Part shown: positions 48,994-59,315 of the stretch, in pieces
How positions within the stretch are numbered: the first letter of the stretch is position 1
Layout: every line of letters begins with the position of its first letter
DNA from: an uncultured Bacteroides sp.
GTDB lineage: Bacteria; Bacteroidota; Bacteroidia; Bacteroidales; Bacteroidaceae
Direction of reading: 5' to 3'
NCBI GenBank assembly: GCA_944322335.1
Contig: CALUOU010000003.1
Coordinates: 722-64,721 of the forward strand
DNA: 64,000 bases
Position numbers and translations under genes: made by a program
The notes under the pieces: model-generated
Databases searched by the model: none
What the model saw: the letters and a program-made list of their open reading frames with translations, nothing else
Told to the model about the DNA's origin: nothing

Positions 48994-49416
48994 ATGGGAG
49001 TTAACAAAGTAATATTATTGGGCAATGTGGGAAAGGATCCTCGTGTGACCTATTACGACAATGGCGCTTGTGTGGCGCAGGTCTCTTTGGCCACAACAGA
49101 GAAGGGATATACCCTGCAAAACGGGACACAGGTGCCAGACCGTACCGAATGGCACAACCTGATATTCAGAAACCGTTTGGCTGAAGTGGTGGACAAGTAT
49201 GTGCATAAAGGTGATAAACTGTATGTGGAAGGGAAGATCCGCACTCGCTCCTATGACGATCAGTCGGGCATCCAACGCTACGTTACAGAAATATTTGTAG
49301 ATACCATGGAAATGCTGACACCGAAAGGCGCGTCACAATCCGGTGTCGTACAGCAGTCTCATCCGACACCTGCAACTGTGCAGGAAACCTTGGCGGATGG
49401 CACTCCTCCTTTTTAA
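48994..49416 (+). CDS. ssb: Single-stranded DNA-binding protein
   Basis: NKVILLGNVGKDP, TEWH and a C-terminal PF. Confidence 0.96.
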   Translation: MGVNKVILLGNVGKDPRVTYYDNGACVAQVSLATTEKGYTLQNGTQVPDRTEWHNLIFRNRLAEVVDKYVHKGDKLYVEGKIRTRSYDDQSGIQRYVTEIFVDTMEMLTPKGASQSGVVQQSHPTPATVQETLADGTPPF

Positions 49417-49440
49417 TATGTTTAACTAAAATACAATTCT

Positions 49441-50802
49441 TTGGACTCAGATTCTTTTTTATGCCAGTGGGTTACAGCCTGCGAGGGCATATCCGTACAA
49501 AATCCTTCGGTGACAGCCATTGTGGCTCTTGTGATGGCGGGAGTGCTATTACTGGTTGCTGCCTTTATCGCTGCTTCGGAGACAGCGTTTTTTTCTTTGT
49601 CTCCTTCTGATTTGGAAACGATTGCAGAGCGGAAAACTCCTGCCGATGCCAAGATCAGCTGCCTTTTGGACGAGAAAGACCGGTTGCACGCCACTTTGCT
49701 GGTTGCCAATAGTTTTGTCAACGTGGCTATCATCATGCTGTGTAACTTCTTTTTCATCACAGTTTTCCATTTCCAGACTTCTTGGGTAGCCGTATTGGTG
49801 CTGACCGTTTTGTTGGCTTTCTTATTGCTGCTTTTGGGAGAGATTATGCCCAAGATGTATTCCTCTCAAAAGGCGTTGGCCTTTTGTCGGCGGGCGGTGG
49901 GCGCAAACCTTGCGCTTCGTTCCATTTTCTATCCGTTTTCTTCTCTTCTGATGCGTTCCACTGCCTTTTTGAGCAGACGTTTTACGCGGAAGAGCTACCT
50001 GCTTTCGGTGGATGAGCTTTCGCAAGCTTTGGAACTGACCGATAAGAATGAGCTTTCGGAAGAGAGCAAACTGCTGGAAGGGATCATCCGTTTCGGGGGT
50101 GAGACGGCTAAGGAAGTGATGACATCTAGGGTGGATGTGGTGGATCTGGAGATACACACCTCTTTTCGGGAAGTCTTGAAATGTATTGTGGAAAATGCCT
50201 ATTCGCGCATTCCTGTGTATGCCGAGACACGGGACAACATCAAAGGTGTGCTTTACATCAAGGATTTGTTGCCTTACCTGAATCGGGGAGATAATTTCCA
50301 TTGGCAGTCATTGATCCGCCCGGCATACTTTGTGCCGGAAACCAAGCGGATTGACGATTTGTTGCGTGATTTCCAAGCCAACAAGATACACATAGCCATC
50401 GTTGTGGATGAGTTTGGAGGAACTTCCGGCATTGTGACGATGGAGGATGTCATAGAGGAGATTGTGGGAGAAATCCGCGATGAGTATGATGATGAGGAGC
50501 GTATGTATACAGTAGTGGATGATCATACGTGGATTTTTGAAGCCAAAGTGCAGTTGCCCGATTTCTATAAGGTTACGCAGATTAACGGTGAAACCTTTGA
50601 CGATGTGGCAGGCGATGCTGACACCTTGGCTGGTTTGTTGTTGGAGTTGAAAGGTGAGTTCCCCGCCTTGCATGAGAAAGTGACCTACGGCCGATATGAG
50701 TTTGAGGTGTTGGCTATGGACAACCGACGCATCTTGAAAGTGAAGTTTACAATAAATCCTCTTTTAGAGCATTCGGAACAAGATGGTTTAGGGAACGAAT
50801 AA
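49441..50802 (+). CDS. gldE: GldE / hemolysin-CorC family CBS-domain protein
   Basis: DUF21 TM region, GEIMPK, CBS pair (VVDEFGGTSG) and CorC domain. Confidence 0.85.
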   Translation: MDSDSFLCQWVTACEGISVQNPSVTAIVALVMAGVLLLVAAFIAASETAFFSLSPSDLETIAERKTPADAKISCLLDEKDRLHATLLVANSFVNVAIIMLCNFFFITVFHFQTSWVAVLVLTVLLAFLLLLLGEIMPKMYSSQKALAFCRRAVGANLALRSIFYPFSSLLMRSTAFLSRRFTRKSYLLSVDELSQALELTDKNELSEESKLLEGIIRFGGETAKEVMTSRVDVVDLEIHTSFREVLKCIVENAYSRIPVYAETRDNIKGVLYIKDLLPYLNRGDNFHWQSLIRPAYFVPETKRIDDLLRDFQANKIHIAIVVDEFGGTSGIVTMEDVIEEIVGEIRDEYDDEERMYTVVDDHTWIFEAKVQLPDFYKVTQINGETFDDVAGDADTLAGLLLELKGEFPALHEKVTYGRYEFEVLAMDNRRILKVKFTINPLLEHSEQDGLGNE

Positions 50803-50830
50803 GATTATAGATAAAAAAAGAAATAGTTTT

Positions 50831-51466
50831 ATGGGACTGATGGCATTGCATCAAGGAGCGGGAGCTGTTATGGCTTTCTGGCGTATGACGGAGGATTGGG
50901 AGACGTTATGTGACACGGTGGACAATCCTGAATTAGTGGAAGAGGCGATTCGTCGTTTCGTTTCGCAGGAGCGGCGCATGGAATGGCTGGCTGTGCGGGC
51001 TTTGCTGAACGTGATGCGGACGGGAAAGCATGAAATAGCCTATTATCCTTCTGGCAGACCTTACCTGACAGATGGCTCGTTTGAGATCAGCATTTCGCAT
51101 ACCAAAGGATTTGTCGCCATTCTGTTGGGAGATGTTCCTGTGGGCATTGATATTGAGTATTATTCCCACCGGGTGCATCGGGTGAAGTCTCGTTTTGTGA
51201 GACCCGATGAGGAGGTCTTGTCTTACAGAGGTGATGACACATTTGGGCTGCTGCTTATTTGGACAGCTAAAGAGGCGGTATACAAAGTGATGAATCGGGA
51301 AGGGGTGGACTTTTTGGAACACCTGCAAGTGCTTCCTTTCGAGGAGCCGTTAGCAGAGAACGGAACAATAAGGGTGCAGGAGCACTTGACTTCTCAGCAT
51401 CGTGTCTTCGAGGTATTCTATTCCATAGACTGCGAGTTTGTGACTTCGTGGCTATATGACAAATAG
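50831..51466 (+). CDS. 4'-phosphopantetheinyl transferase family protein
   Basis: SISHT, VGIDIE and WTAKEAVYK motifs. Confidence 0.9.
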   Translation: MGLMALHQGAGAVMAFWRMTEDWETLCDTVDNPELVEEAIRRFVSQERRMEWLAVRALLNVMRTGKHEIAYYPSGRPYLTDGSFEISISHTKGFVAILLGDVPVGIDIEYYSHRVHRVKSRFVRPDEEVLSYRGDDTFGLLLIWTAKEAVYKVMNREGVDFLEHLQVLPFEEPLAENGTIRVQEHLTSQHRVFEVFYSIDCEFVTSWLYDK

Positions 51467-51504
51467 GACAAGATTGTACACAGATGGCCTGTCGGCTGCA
51501 AGAT

Positions 51505-51588
51505 GTAACTTCATCGTAACACTTGTTTCATTCAGTCGTAACAAAAACGCTGCACTTTTGCAGGTGAAAAAATAATGGTTTAACTTTG
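51505..51588 (+). promoter_or_regulatory. 11-bp-phased GTAAC repeats followed by a TTTG / TAACTTTG promoter
   Basis: GTAAC at 51505, 51516 and 51538, TTTG at 51557 and TAACTTTG at 51581. Confidence 0.6.
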
Positions 51589-51645
51589 TGGTAAAATGAA
51601 GGGAGCTTTCCGGCTTCTTCCAACACAGCAAAAATAAAAAAGGCA

Positions 51646-52335
51646 ATGAATAAGAAACGAATTTTAGTAGTGGACGATGAAGAAGACCTGTGCGAAATCT
51701 TAAAGTTCAATCTGGAAAACGAAGGATACGAGGTGGACACCGCCAATTCAGCGGAAGAAGCAATGAAAATGAACATCAGCAGCTATGATCTTCTCCTGTT
51801 GGACGTAATGATGGGAGAAATTTCCGGATTTAAGATGGCCAGCCTTCTGAAGAAAGATGAAAAGACCGCTCAAGTGCCTATTATCTTCATAACAGCCAAA
51901 GACACGGAAAACGACACAATTACAGGCTTCAACTTAGGGGCAGACGACTACATATCCAAGCCTTTTTCCTTGCGTGAAGTGGCGGCGCGTGTGAAAGCTG
52001 TATTGCGCCGCACCAATCAGAATGAGAACGAGCAACTTCCTGAGCAGTTGGTCTATAGGACGTTAGTGCTGGATATCGTGAAGAAAAAAGTAAGTATAGA
52101 TGGCGAGGAGGTCTCCTTGACTAAAAAGGAGTTTGAGATTTTGCTGTTGCTGTTGCAAAACAAAGGGAGGGTGTTCTCGCGCGAAGATATTCTGGGACGC
52201 GTCTGGAGCGATGAAGTCTATGTGCTGGATCGCACCATTGATGTCAATATCACACGTTTGCGCAAGAAAATCGGCGCATATGGAAAATGTATTGTAACAC
52301 GACTGGGATATGGATACTGCTTTGAAGCCGAATAA
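51646..52335 (+). CDS. PhoB/OmpR-family response regulator
   Basis: Receiver domain plus RTIDVNITRLRKK winged helix. Confidence 0.93.
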   Translation: MNKKRILVVDDEEDLCEILKFNLENEGYEVDTANSAEEAMKMNISSYDLLLLDVMMGEISGFKMASLLKKDEKTAQVPIIFITAKDTENDTITGFNLGADDYISKPFSLREVAARVKAVLRRTNQNENEQLPEQLVYRTLVLDIVKKKVSIDGEEVSLTKKEFEILLLLLQNKGRVFSREDILGRVWSDEVYVLDRTIDVNITRLRKKIGAYGKCIVTRLGYGYCFEAE

Positions 52336-54139
52336 TTATAAGGAGGAAACGAGCAGAGGATGCAGACGTTTTTTATCGTTTAGCCGCAGACTGTTTCTGT
52401 CTGTCATCTTGCTTTTCCTGGTGTTTGCAGGCAGTTTCATTGCCTACCAATACCAACGGGAGAAAGAATATAAAATAGAACTGTTGGACACCAAACTGCA
52501 AGATTGCAACGAACGGCTGTTTTTGGAATTGAAATATGCCCCGGACAGTCTGAAACAAGCGTTTCTGAATGACTGCAGCCTGCAGTATGCCGATGAGGAA
52601 TTGAGGGTCACCATTATTTCCCTGAAGGGGAAAGTGCTGTATGACAGTCAGAAAGAAAGGGTGACGGAAAACCACCTTGGGCGTCCGGAAGTGCAAGGTG
52701 CCTTGAAGCAAGGCCATGATTATGATGTGAGACGGCTTTCGGAAACAACGGGAATCTCTTATTTTTATTCGGCAACCCGATACGATGACTTTCTGATCCG
52801 TTCGGCACTTCCTTATAATGTGACGCTGGTCAACAATCTGGCAGCCGACCCTCATTACATTTGGTTTACAATGGCAGTCACCTTGCTGCTCATCTTTGTG
52901 TTCTATAAATATACCTCGAAACTGGGCACTGCTGTCAATCATTTGCGTGAATTTGCCAAGCGGGCTGACAAAAACGAACCGATTGACATGGAAATCCAAG
53001 CTGGACTTCCGCATAATGAGTTGGGCGAGATCTCACAACACATTATTCAGATTTATAGAAGATTGAGGGAGACAAAGGAAGCTCTCTATATAGAGCGGGA
53101 GAAGCTGATAACCCACTTGCAGACTTCCCGTGAAGGGCTGGGAGTGTTTACGAAAGAGAAGAAGGAGATTCTGGTTAACAATCTGTTCACACAATACAGT
53201 AACCTTATTTCAGACTCAAACTTGCAAACTACCGAAGAGATTTTCTCCATCAGTGAGTTTCAGAAGCTGACAGACTTTATCAACAAAGCCTTGGCACGTC
53301 CGATGAACGGCAACGGATCGGGAGAAAAACGCATGTCGATCACCATCAATAAAAATGGGCGTATCTTCATCGTGGAATGCATCATCTTCCAAGACCTGAG
53401 CTTTGAAATCTCTATCAATGACATTTCTCAGGAGGAAGAACAGATCCGTCTCAAGCGGCAGCTGACTCAGAATATCGCCCATGAGCTGAAAACCCCTGTA
53501 TGCAGCATACAGGGATATTTGGAAACTATCGTAAACAATGACCACATTTCTCATGAAAAGATGATGGCCTTCTTGGAACGCTGCTATGCGCAGAGTAACC
53601 GACTTAGTCGTCTGCTGCGTGATATTTCCGTGCTGACACGTATGGACGAGGCTGCCAATATGATAGATATGGAGAAGGTGGACGTCAGTGTGTTGGTAGG
53701 CAACATTGTCAACGAAGTGTCGCTCGAACTGGAAGAGAGGCGGATTACTGTTGTCAACTCGTTGAAGCCAAAAATACAGCTGCGTGGCAATTATTCATTG
53801 CTTTATTCTATTTTCCGCAACCTGATGGACAATGCCATAGCCTATGCCGGCACACATATCCGTATCAACATCAGCTGCTTCCGTGAAGACGAGAATTTCT
53901 ATTACTTCAGTTTTGCCGATACGGGGGTAGGTGTGGCTCCCGAACACTTAAACCGTTTGTTTGAGCGTTTCTATCGGGTGGACAAAGGCCGTTCGCGCAA
54001 GCTGGGAGGCACAGGATTGGGATTGGCCATCGTGAAAAATGCCGTTCTGATACACGGGGGAACGATCTCTGCCAAAAACAATCAAGGCGGAGGGCTGGAA
54101 TTCGTTTTCACTTTGGCAAAGGATAGGCAGGATTTGTAA
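52310..54139 (+). CDS. PhoR-like sensor histidine kinase
   Basis: ENHLGRPEV, AHELKTP and FERFYRVDKGRSRKLGGTGLGLAIVK motifs. Confidence 0.92.
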   Translation: MDTALKPNNYKEETSRGCRRFLSFSRRLFLSVILLFLVFAGSFIAYQYQREKEYKIELLDTKLQDCNERLFLELKYAPDSLKQAFLNDCSLQYADEELRVTIISLKGKVLYDSQKERVTENHLGRPEVQGALKQGHDYDVRRLSETTGISYFYSATRYDDFLIRSALPYNVTLVNNLAADPHYIWFTMAVTLLLIFVFYKYTSKLGTAVNHLREFAKRADKNEPIDMEIQAGLPHNELGEISQHIIQIYRRLRETKEALYIEREKLITHLQTSREGLGVFTKEKKEILVNNLFTQYSNLISDSNLQTTEEIFSISEFQKLTDFINKALARPMNGNGSGEKRMSITINKNGRIFIVECIIFQDLSFEISINDISQEEEQIRLKRQLTQNIAHELKTPVCSIQGYLETIVNNDHISHEKMMAFLERCYAQSNRLSRLLRDISVLTRMDEAANMIDMEKVDVSVLVGNIVNEVSLELEERRITVVNSLKPKIQLRGNYSLLYSIFRNLMDNAIAYAGTHIRINISCFREDENFYYFSFADTGVGVAPEHLNRLFERFYRVDKGRSRKLGGTGLGLAIVKNAVLIHGGTISAKNNQGGGLEFVFTLAKDRQDL

Positions 54140-54141
54140 AT

Positions 54142-54975
54142 TCAACTGTTCCTATACTCCAGCGGACTCATGCCGACGTGTCTTTTGAAGTATTTGCCAA
54201 AGAAGGAAGCGCTGGGAAAATTGAGTGAGTAGGCTATTTCCTGTATGGTCATATCTGTTGATTTCAGTTTGGCTTTTATGTCCACAATTACCACATAGGC
54301 AATGATGTCCAACACGTTTTTGCCTGTGACTTGTTTAATGGTTGTGCTGAGATGTTGTAAGGTGATGCCCAATTTGTCCGCATAGAATTGCGCTTTCCGT
54401 TCTTGGGTGTAGTTCTCGATGACCAGCTGAATCAGTTTGCGGCAGATGTCTTTTTTTCGGTTTTGGGGAGTTTTGGCTGGGGTAGGACGGTCTGCATACA
54501 GCTTGTTGACTACATATAGCAAAGTATCCAGCTGTTTCTGTGCCATGGTGCTGTCAATCCGGTAAGGTCCCATGGTGATGTTGGCTATCAGGGTTGTGTA
54601 GTTTTGGAAATAGGCGGATATGGTAGGTTCCAAGGCGATGACGGGCGATTCCAAAATGTTAGAGAAAGAGCTGAGTGTCGATTTGATGAGGTTGACACCA
54701 TTGACACAATGGTCTGAGAAACCGATAAAGCAGAGTCTGAACTTCGTTTTTTGTCCATGAAACTGTATGATGGTGCCCGGCAGGAGGGTGATGAAGTCGC
54801 CTGCCTTGATTTCTGTGTTCATCAGGTTGATGGATACAGTGATGGAGCCTTCGGTGCAAAGGGCAAATATGCATGCTTTCAGCCGACACGATTGCTTGTA
54901 GATGTTGAGGATCTCTTCTGTGACTTCTGTCCATGCGATGACATCTACCGGTAAATCTACTTGTGGAAAATCCAT
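54142..54975 (-). CDS. AraC family transcriptional regulator
   Basis: C-terminal IQEIAYSLNFPSASFFGKYFKRHVGMSP. Confidence 0.92.
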   Translation of the reverse strand: MDFPQVDLPVDVIAWTEVTEEILNIYKQSCRLKACIFALCTEGSITVSINLMNTEIKAGDFITLLPGTIIQFHGQKTKFRLCFIGFSDHCVNGVNLIKSTLSSFSNILESPVIALEPTISAYFQNYTTLIANITMGPYRIDSTMAQKQLDTLLYVVNKLYADRPTPAKTPQNRKKDICRKLIQLVIENYTQERKAQFYADKLGITLQHLSTTIKQVTGKNVLDIIAYVVIVDIKAKLKSTDMTIQEIAYSLNFPSASFFGKYFKRHVGMSPLEYRNS

Positions 54976-55033
54976 GTGCATTTTGCTTTAAAAGTAGTGC
55001 AAAGTTAGGCATTTTTTCCATATCTTTGCCTGT

Positions 55034-55696
55034 ATGAAACTAAATTTTATCGATTGGGGAACCATTGGCTATGCGGCTGCTTGGGATAAACAGCATGAAT
55101 GTTTTGAGGCATTGCTTGCAGCCAAGCTGGCTGGCAGAGATTATGTCAACCAGGTGATTTTTTGTGAACATCCTCATGTCTATACATTAGGACGCAGCGG
55201 AAAAGAGCAAAACATGTTGCTTGCCGCAGAGCAGCTCGCCCAGATAGGGGCTACGTACTATCACATTGACCGGGGAGGGGATATAACATATCATGGACCA
55301 GGACAATTGGTTTGCTATCCAATTCTGAATCTGGAAGATTTTTCTTTGGGACTGAAAGATTACGTTCATTTGTTGGAAGAGGCTGTCATTCGTGTGTGTG
55401 CTTCTTATGGCATTGAGACAGGACGGATGGAACACGCTACGGGGGTATGGATTGAAGGTCATACACCGGCAGCACGGAAGATTTGTGCCATCGGGGTGAG
55501 AAGCAGCCGTTTTGTCACTATGCACGGACTGGCTTTGAATGTCAACACGGATTTGCGCTATTTCCAGTATATCCATCCTTGTGGATTTATAGACAAAGGG
55601 GTTACTTCCATACAGCGGGAATTGGGAAGGGAGATCCCGATGACCGATGTCAAGGGACGGTTGCGCAAGGCATTGGAGGAAAGCTTAAGGCAATGA
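55034..55696 (+). CDS. lipB: Lipoyl(octanoyl) transferase
   Basis: EHPHVYTLG, RGGDITYHGPGQ, KICAIG and HGLALN motifs. Confidence 0.96.
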   Translation: MKLNFIDWGTIGYAAAWDKQHECFEALLAAKLAGRDYVNQVIFCEHPHVYTLGRSGKEQNMLLAAEQLAQIGATYYHIDRGGDITYHGPGQLVCYPILNLEDFSLGLKDYVHLLEEAVIRVCASYGIETGRMEHATGVWIEGHTPAARKICAIGVRSSRFVTMHGLALNVNTDLRYFQYIHPCGFIDKGVTSIQRELGREIPMTDVKGRLRKALEESLRQ

Positions 55697-55747
55697 AAGA
55701 CGGTTCGCCATCGGGAAGTGTCGGCTGGAATTGGCGTTTTCAGAAAT

Positions 55748-57388
55748 CTATTTCTCGATTTTCAGAGAGAGAGAAGAAGTGCAAAGTTGAGCCAGGTGTT
55801 CCCGGTGGGTGATGAGCAGGAGGGTCTTATGATGGACGAGAGCAGAAAGCCTGTTCAGCAAAAGTTCTTCAGTGGCTGCGTCTAATGCAGAGGACGGCTC
55901 ATCCAGGAGCAAGATGCTGCCTGGACGCAACAAGCCGCGTGCGATGGCGATGCGCTGGGCTTGACCTTCGCTGAAGCCGCTGCCTCGTTCGCCGCAAGGG
56001 GTGTCTAATTCTTCTGGCATTTGGAACACAAAGTCAGCTGCGGCAGCATGAAGAGCGGCGCGTAAGGAAGCCTCCGAGGCTTGCGGGTTGCCCATCAGTA
56101 AGTTTTCACGGATGCTTCCGCTGATCAAGGAGTTTCCTTGGGGCACGTATGACAGGTTACATCGGGTTAGAGGAGAGGCTGAGGCTTCTTGTCCGAGATG
56201 GTTATAGAGCGTGATATTCCCTTCCTGAGGAGACAGAAGGGATAGCAGAAGCCGAACCAGTGTGCTTTTACCTACACCGGTTTCTCCTACGATGACTGTC
56301 AGGCTCCCAGGAGTGAAATCGTGAGAAAAGTGGTCGAGCACTTTCCGTCTGCCTCCAGGATAGGTGAACGAAAGTTCTCGAATCCGGATGCCGGCGCAGC
56401 CTTCTATACGGATGGGGCTGCCCTGCTTTTCCAGGGGCAGGGCATATAGCTCGTTCAGTCGTTCCACAGAAGTGAACACACGGATCGAAGCAGGTATTTG
56501 TCGGCTTAGCTCCACCATGGGGCGTTGCACTTGTGACACTAACTGTAGGAACGCGGTCATCATGCCGAAAGTCACTGTCTCTTCATATAATCCGAAAATG
56601 CCCCACAGGAAAGCTACAGCATAACCTGTTGCGAAGCCTGTCTGGACCATCAGTCGGGAATAAGTGGAATAGTTCAGGCGATGGATGACCTGTCGGCGTA
56701 AGTGATTTTGCAGGCTGGTCAGTTTGCAGGAAGCCTGCTTGGTATATTCCAAGGCGCGGATGAGGAGGCTATGCTGCAGATGCTCCTGCAGGAAGCTTTG
56801 GACACGGCTGTCCGTCTCACGGATGTCTCTGGAGATTTTCCGCATGTTTCTCACATATGTCTTGCTGAACAACAGTGCCAAAGGCATGATGCAGATCAAT
56901 ATACCGGTGAGCCGTACATCCAGTTTCGCCAGGAAATACAAGGAGCCGGCCAATTGGAAAAATGTGATGACAATATTCGGAGCGGTGCGGCACAAAGCAT
57001 CAGACACGGTCAGGGTGTCTTCTTCTATGCGGTTCAGCATATCGCCGGTGTGTCGGGTCTTCTCCCCTTTCCATTGGCTGAGCATCAGGTGGTCGAACAG
57101 CTGCTGGCGCAATCGGCTGCAGAGTCTGATTTCTATCCGGTTGTTCCATTGGCTGCGGAAGGCAGACAGCAACAATTGTCCTGCCATGCAGCCCAACATG
57201 ATTCCTATCCAGAGCTTTAAGTTCCCTTGGCTATGTCCGGTGGCGATATCGATCAGGCATTTGCAGACATAGACAAAAAAAAGAGAGATTCCCGCATGTA
57301 CGATCCCCACTCCTCCGCTCCATCCGATGGATAGGCGGATTCCTTGCGATGTTTTCCAGAGCCATAGCAGGCATTCTTTTATATGCAT
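55748..57388 (-). CDS. ABC exporter (fused TMD and ATPase)
   Basis: GETGVGKS, FSEGQAQRI and LLDEPSSALD. Likely start MHIKECLL at 57388, overlapping the peptidase stop. Confidence 0.9.
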   Translation of the reverse strand: MHIKECLLWLWKTSQGIRLSIGWSGGVGIVHAGISLFFVYVCKCLIDIATGHSQGNLKLWIGIMLGCMAGQLLLSAFRSQWNNRIEIRLCSRLRQQLFDHLMLSQWKGEKTRHTGDMLNRIEEDTLTVSDALCRTAPNIVITFFQLAGSLYFLAKLDVRLTGILICIMPLALLFSKTYVRNMRKISRDIRETDSRVQSFLQEHLQHSLLIRALEYTKQASCKLTSLQNHLRRQVIHRLNYSTYSRLMVQTGFATGYAVAFLWGIFGLYEETVTFGMMTAFLQLVSQVQRPMVELSRQIPASIRVFTSVERLNELYALPLEKQGSPIRIEGCAGIRIRELSFTYPGGRRKVLDHFSHDFTPGSLTVIVGETGVGKSTLVRLLLSLLSPQEGNITLYNHLGQEASASPLTRCNLSYVPQGNSLISGSIRENLLMGNPQASEASLRAALHAAAADFVFQMPEELDTPCGERGSGFSEGQAQRIAIARGLLRPGSILLLDEPSSALDAATEELLLNRLSALVHHKTLLLITHREHLAQLCTSSLSLKIEK

Positions 57389-57846
57389 TTCCGTTTGTGA
57401 GTTTGTAAGTAAAGCCGATAAATCCTCAGCAACCACTTGCGCACTGGCAACAGCTGTTTCCATAGTCTCCACAACCGTTGTTCCCGGCGTGAGCGGCAAT
57501 CCACCCGCTGTCCTTTGCGCACGATTTCCGTAGCTACGCCGCATATGTCCGAAAGGCGGCAATGCTCTTGGACGTAACAGTTGCCGTCACCCATCAGGGT
57601 GATTGCGTCTTTTTCCAAACGATATACTCGGTGCAGCACATATCGGCTTTGTTCCATACGGGCCAGTACGATATCTCCCATCCGAACCGTTGCAGGTCGG
57701 CGTAGCACAATCTTGTCACGTCCTTCCACCACGAAAGGCCACATGCTTCGCCCTTTTGCTGGAAGTTCCACGCTACGTTCTGCCGCCAGCCATTGTTCCA
57801 CTTCGGAGAAAAACAAGTTGTTGGGAAGTTTCAGCTTGTCTTGCAT
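57379..57846 (-). CDS. S24/S26-family peptidase
   Basis: GRSMWPF (Ser), GDIVL, VLHRV (His) and MGDGN motifs. Confidence 0.85.
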   Translation of the reverse strand: MQDKLKLPNNLFFSEVEQWLAAERSVELPAKGRSMWPFVVEGRDKIVLRRPATVRMGDIVLARMEQSRYVLHRVYRLEKDAITLMGDGNCYVQEHCRLSDICGVATEIVRKGQRVDCRSRREQRLWRLWKQLLPVRKWLLRIYRLYLQTHKRKCI

Positions 57847-57870
57847 AAGCAGCAATTTATGCTATTGTTG

Positions 57871-57974
57871 GGAGTTATAGGGAATTATCGCTTCGCTCAG
57901 GGGCAAGAGAATAATAGCAGAGCGTGTTTATCAATGGCATCGGCTTGTAACTCCTCTTAGTTCCCTATAACTCC
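57871..57974. repeat. Intergenic element bounded by a perfect 14-bp inverted repeat
   Basis: GGAGTTATAGGGAA at 57871-57884 and TTCCCTATAACTCC at 57961-57974. Confidence 0.75.
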
Positions 57975-57999
57975 TTTTCTTACTGTCTAATATTAATCA

Positions 58000-59187
58000 T
58001 TACTTCAGGACTTCAAGTTCCTTGCCCACTTTGATGAAAGCCTGGATGCATTTGTCGAGGTGTGCTTTCTCGTGTCCGGCAGAGATTTGCACTCGGATGC
58101 GGGCTTGGCCTTTCGGCACGACCGGATAATAAAATCCCGTTACGTAGATGCCTTCTTCCTGCAAGCGCGCCGCATAAGTCTGAGAGAGTTTTGCATCATA
58201 GAGCATGACGGCGCATATGGCACTCTGGGTTGGTTTGATGTCAAATCCGGCAGCCATCATTTTGTCACGGAAGTAGTTGACATTCTCAACCAGCTTATCG
58301 TGCAGGGCATTGCTTTCTTTTAGCATTTTGAACACTTCAAGACTGGCACCGATAACGGCCGGTGCCACTGAATTGGAAAACAGGTAGGGGCGGCTGCGTT
58401 GGCGCAAAAGGTCAATGATTTCTTTACGTCCTGTGGTGAATCCTCCCATGGCGCCTCCGAAGGCTTTGCCTAAGGTGCCGGTATAGATGTCAATTCGGCC
58501 ATGAAGGTTATAGAGCTCACTCACGCCATGTCCTGTAGCTCCCACCACGCCGGCTGAATGTGACTCGTCCACCATGACTAAAGCGTCATACTTTTCTGCC
58601 AGTTCGCAAATCTTGTCCATAGGAGCCACATTGCCATCCATGGAAAATACGCCGTCGGTCACCACGATTCGGAAACGTTGGCTCTGTGCTTCTTGCAGGC
58701 ATTTCTCCAGTTCGTCCATGTCAGCATTGGCATAGCGGTAACGTTTGGCTTTGCACAGCCGTACTCCGTCGATGATCGAGGCATGATTCAGGGCATCAGA
58801 GATGATAGCGTCTTGGTCGGTGAAAAGCGGCTCGAACACACCGCCGTTTGCATCGAAGCAAGCTGCATAGAGAATGGTGTCTTCCGTGTGGAAATAGTCG
58901 GAAATGGCTGCTTCCAGTTTTTTGTGGATGTCTTGGGTGCCACAGATGAAGCGGACAGACGACATGCCGTAGCCACGATGGTCCATCATGGCTTTGGCGG
59001 CGGCAATCAGTCGGGGATGGTCGGCCAGCCCCAGGTAGTTGTTGGCGCAAAAGTTCAACACCTCCTGCCCCTTCACGGTGATGGCTGCTTGTTGTGCGCT
59101 CTCGATAAGCCGCTCTTCTTTATAGAGTCCGGCTTCTTTTATCTCAGCAAGTGTCTGGCTGAGGTAGTCTTTCATTTTACCGTACAT
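58000..59187 (-). CDS. kbl: Glycine C-acetyltransferase (2-amino-3-ketobutyrate CoA ligase)
   Basis: NFCANNYLGL, SVRFICGTQ and GTLGKAFGG motifs. Confidence 0.96.
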   Translation of the reverse strand: MYGKMKDYLSQTLAEIKEAGLYKEERLIESAQQAAITVKGQEVLNFCANNYLGLADHPRLIAAAKAMMDHRGYGMSSVRFICGTQDIHKKLEAAISDYFHTEDTILYAACFDANGGVFEPLFTDQDAIISDALNHASIIDGVRLCKAKRYRYANADMDELEKCLQEAQSQRFRIVVTDGVFSMDGNVAPMDKICELAEKYDALVMVDESHSAGVVGATGHGVSELYNLHGRIDIYTGTLGKAFGGAMGGFTTGRKEIIDLLRQRSRPYLFSNSVAPAVIGASLEVFKMLKESNALHDKLVENVNYFRDKMMAAGFDIKPTQSAICAVMLYDAKLSQTYAARLQEEGIYVTGFYYPVVPKGQARIRVQISAGHEKAHLDKCIQAFIKVGKELEVLK

Positions 59188-59315
59188 AGTATTCTATTTA
59201 TTTGAGTTTTTTTATTACGAGTTCCACAAAGAACATCATTTTTCTTGGAATAAGCAATAGCAAGATGATAGAAATGCGTATATTTGCGGATTATTAAGCA
59301 ACTTAAAAGATTTGT

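Noticed and set aside
51646-54139. Naming this two-component pair rprY/rprX
   Set aside because: The sequences look PhoB/PhoR-like and do not match my recollection of RprY, so no symbol was assigned.
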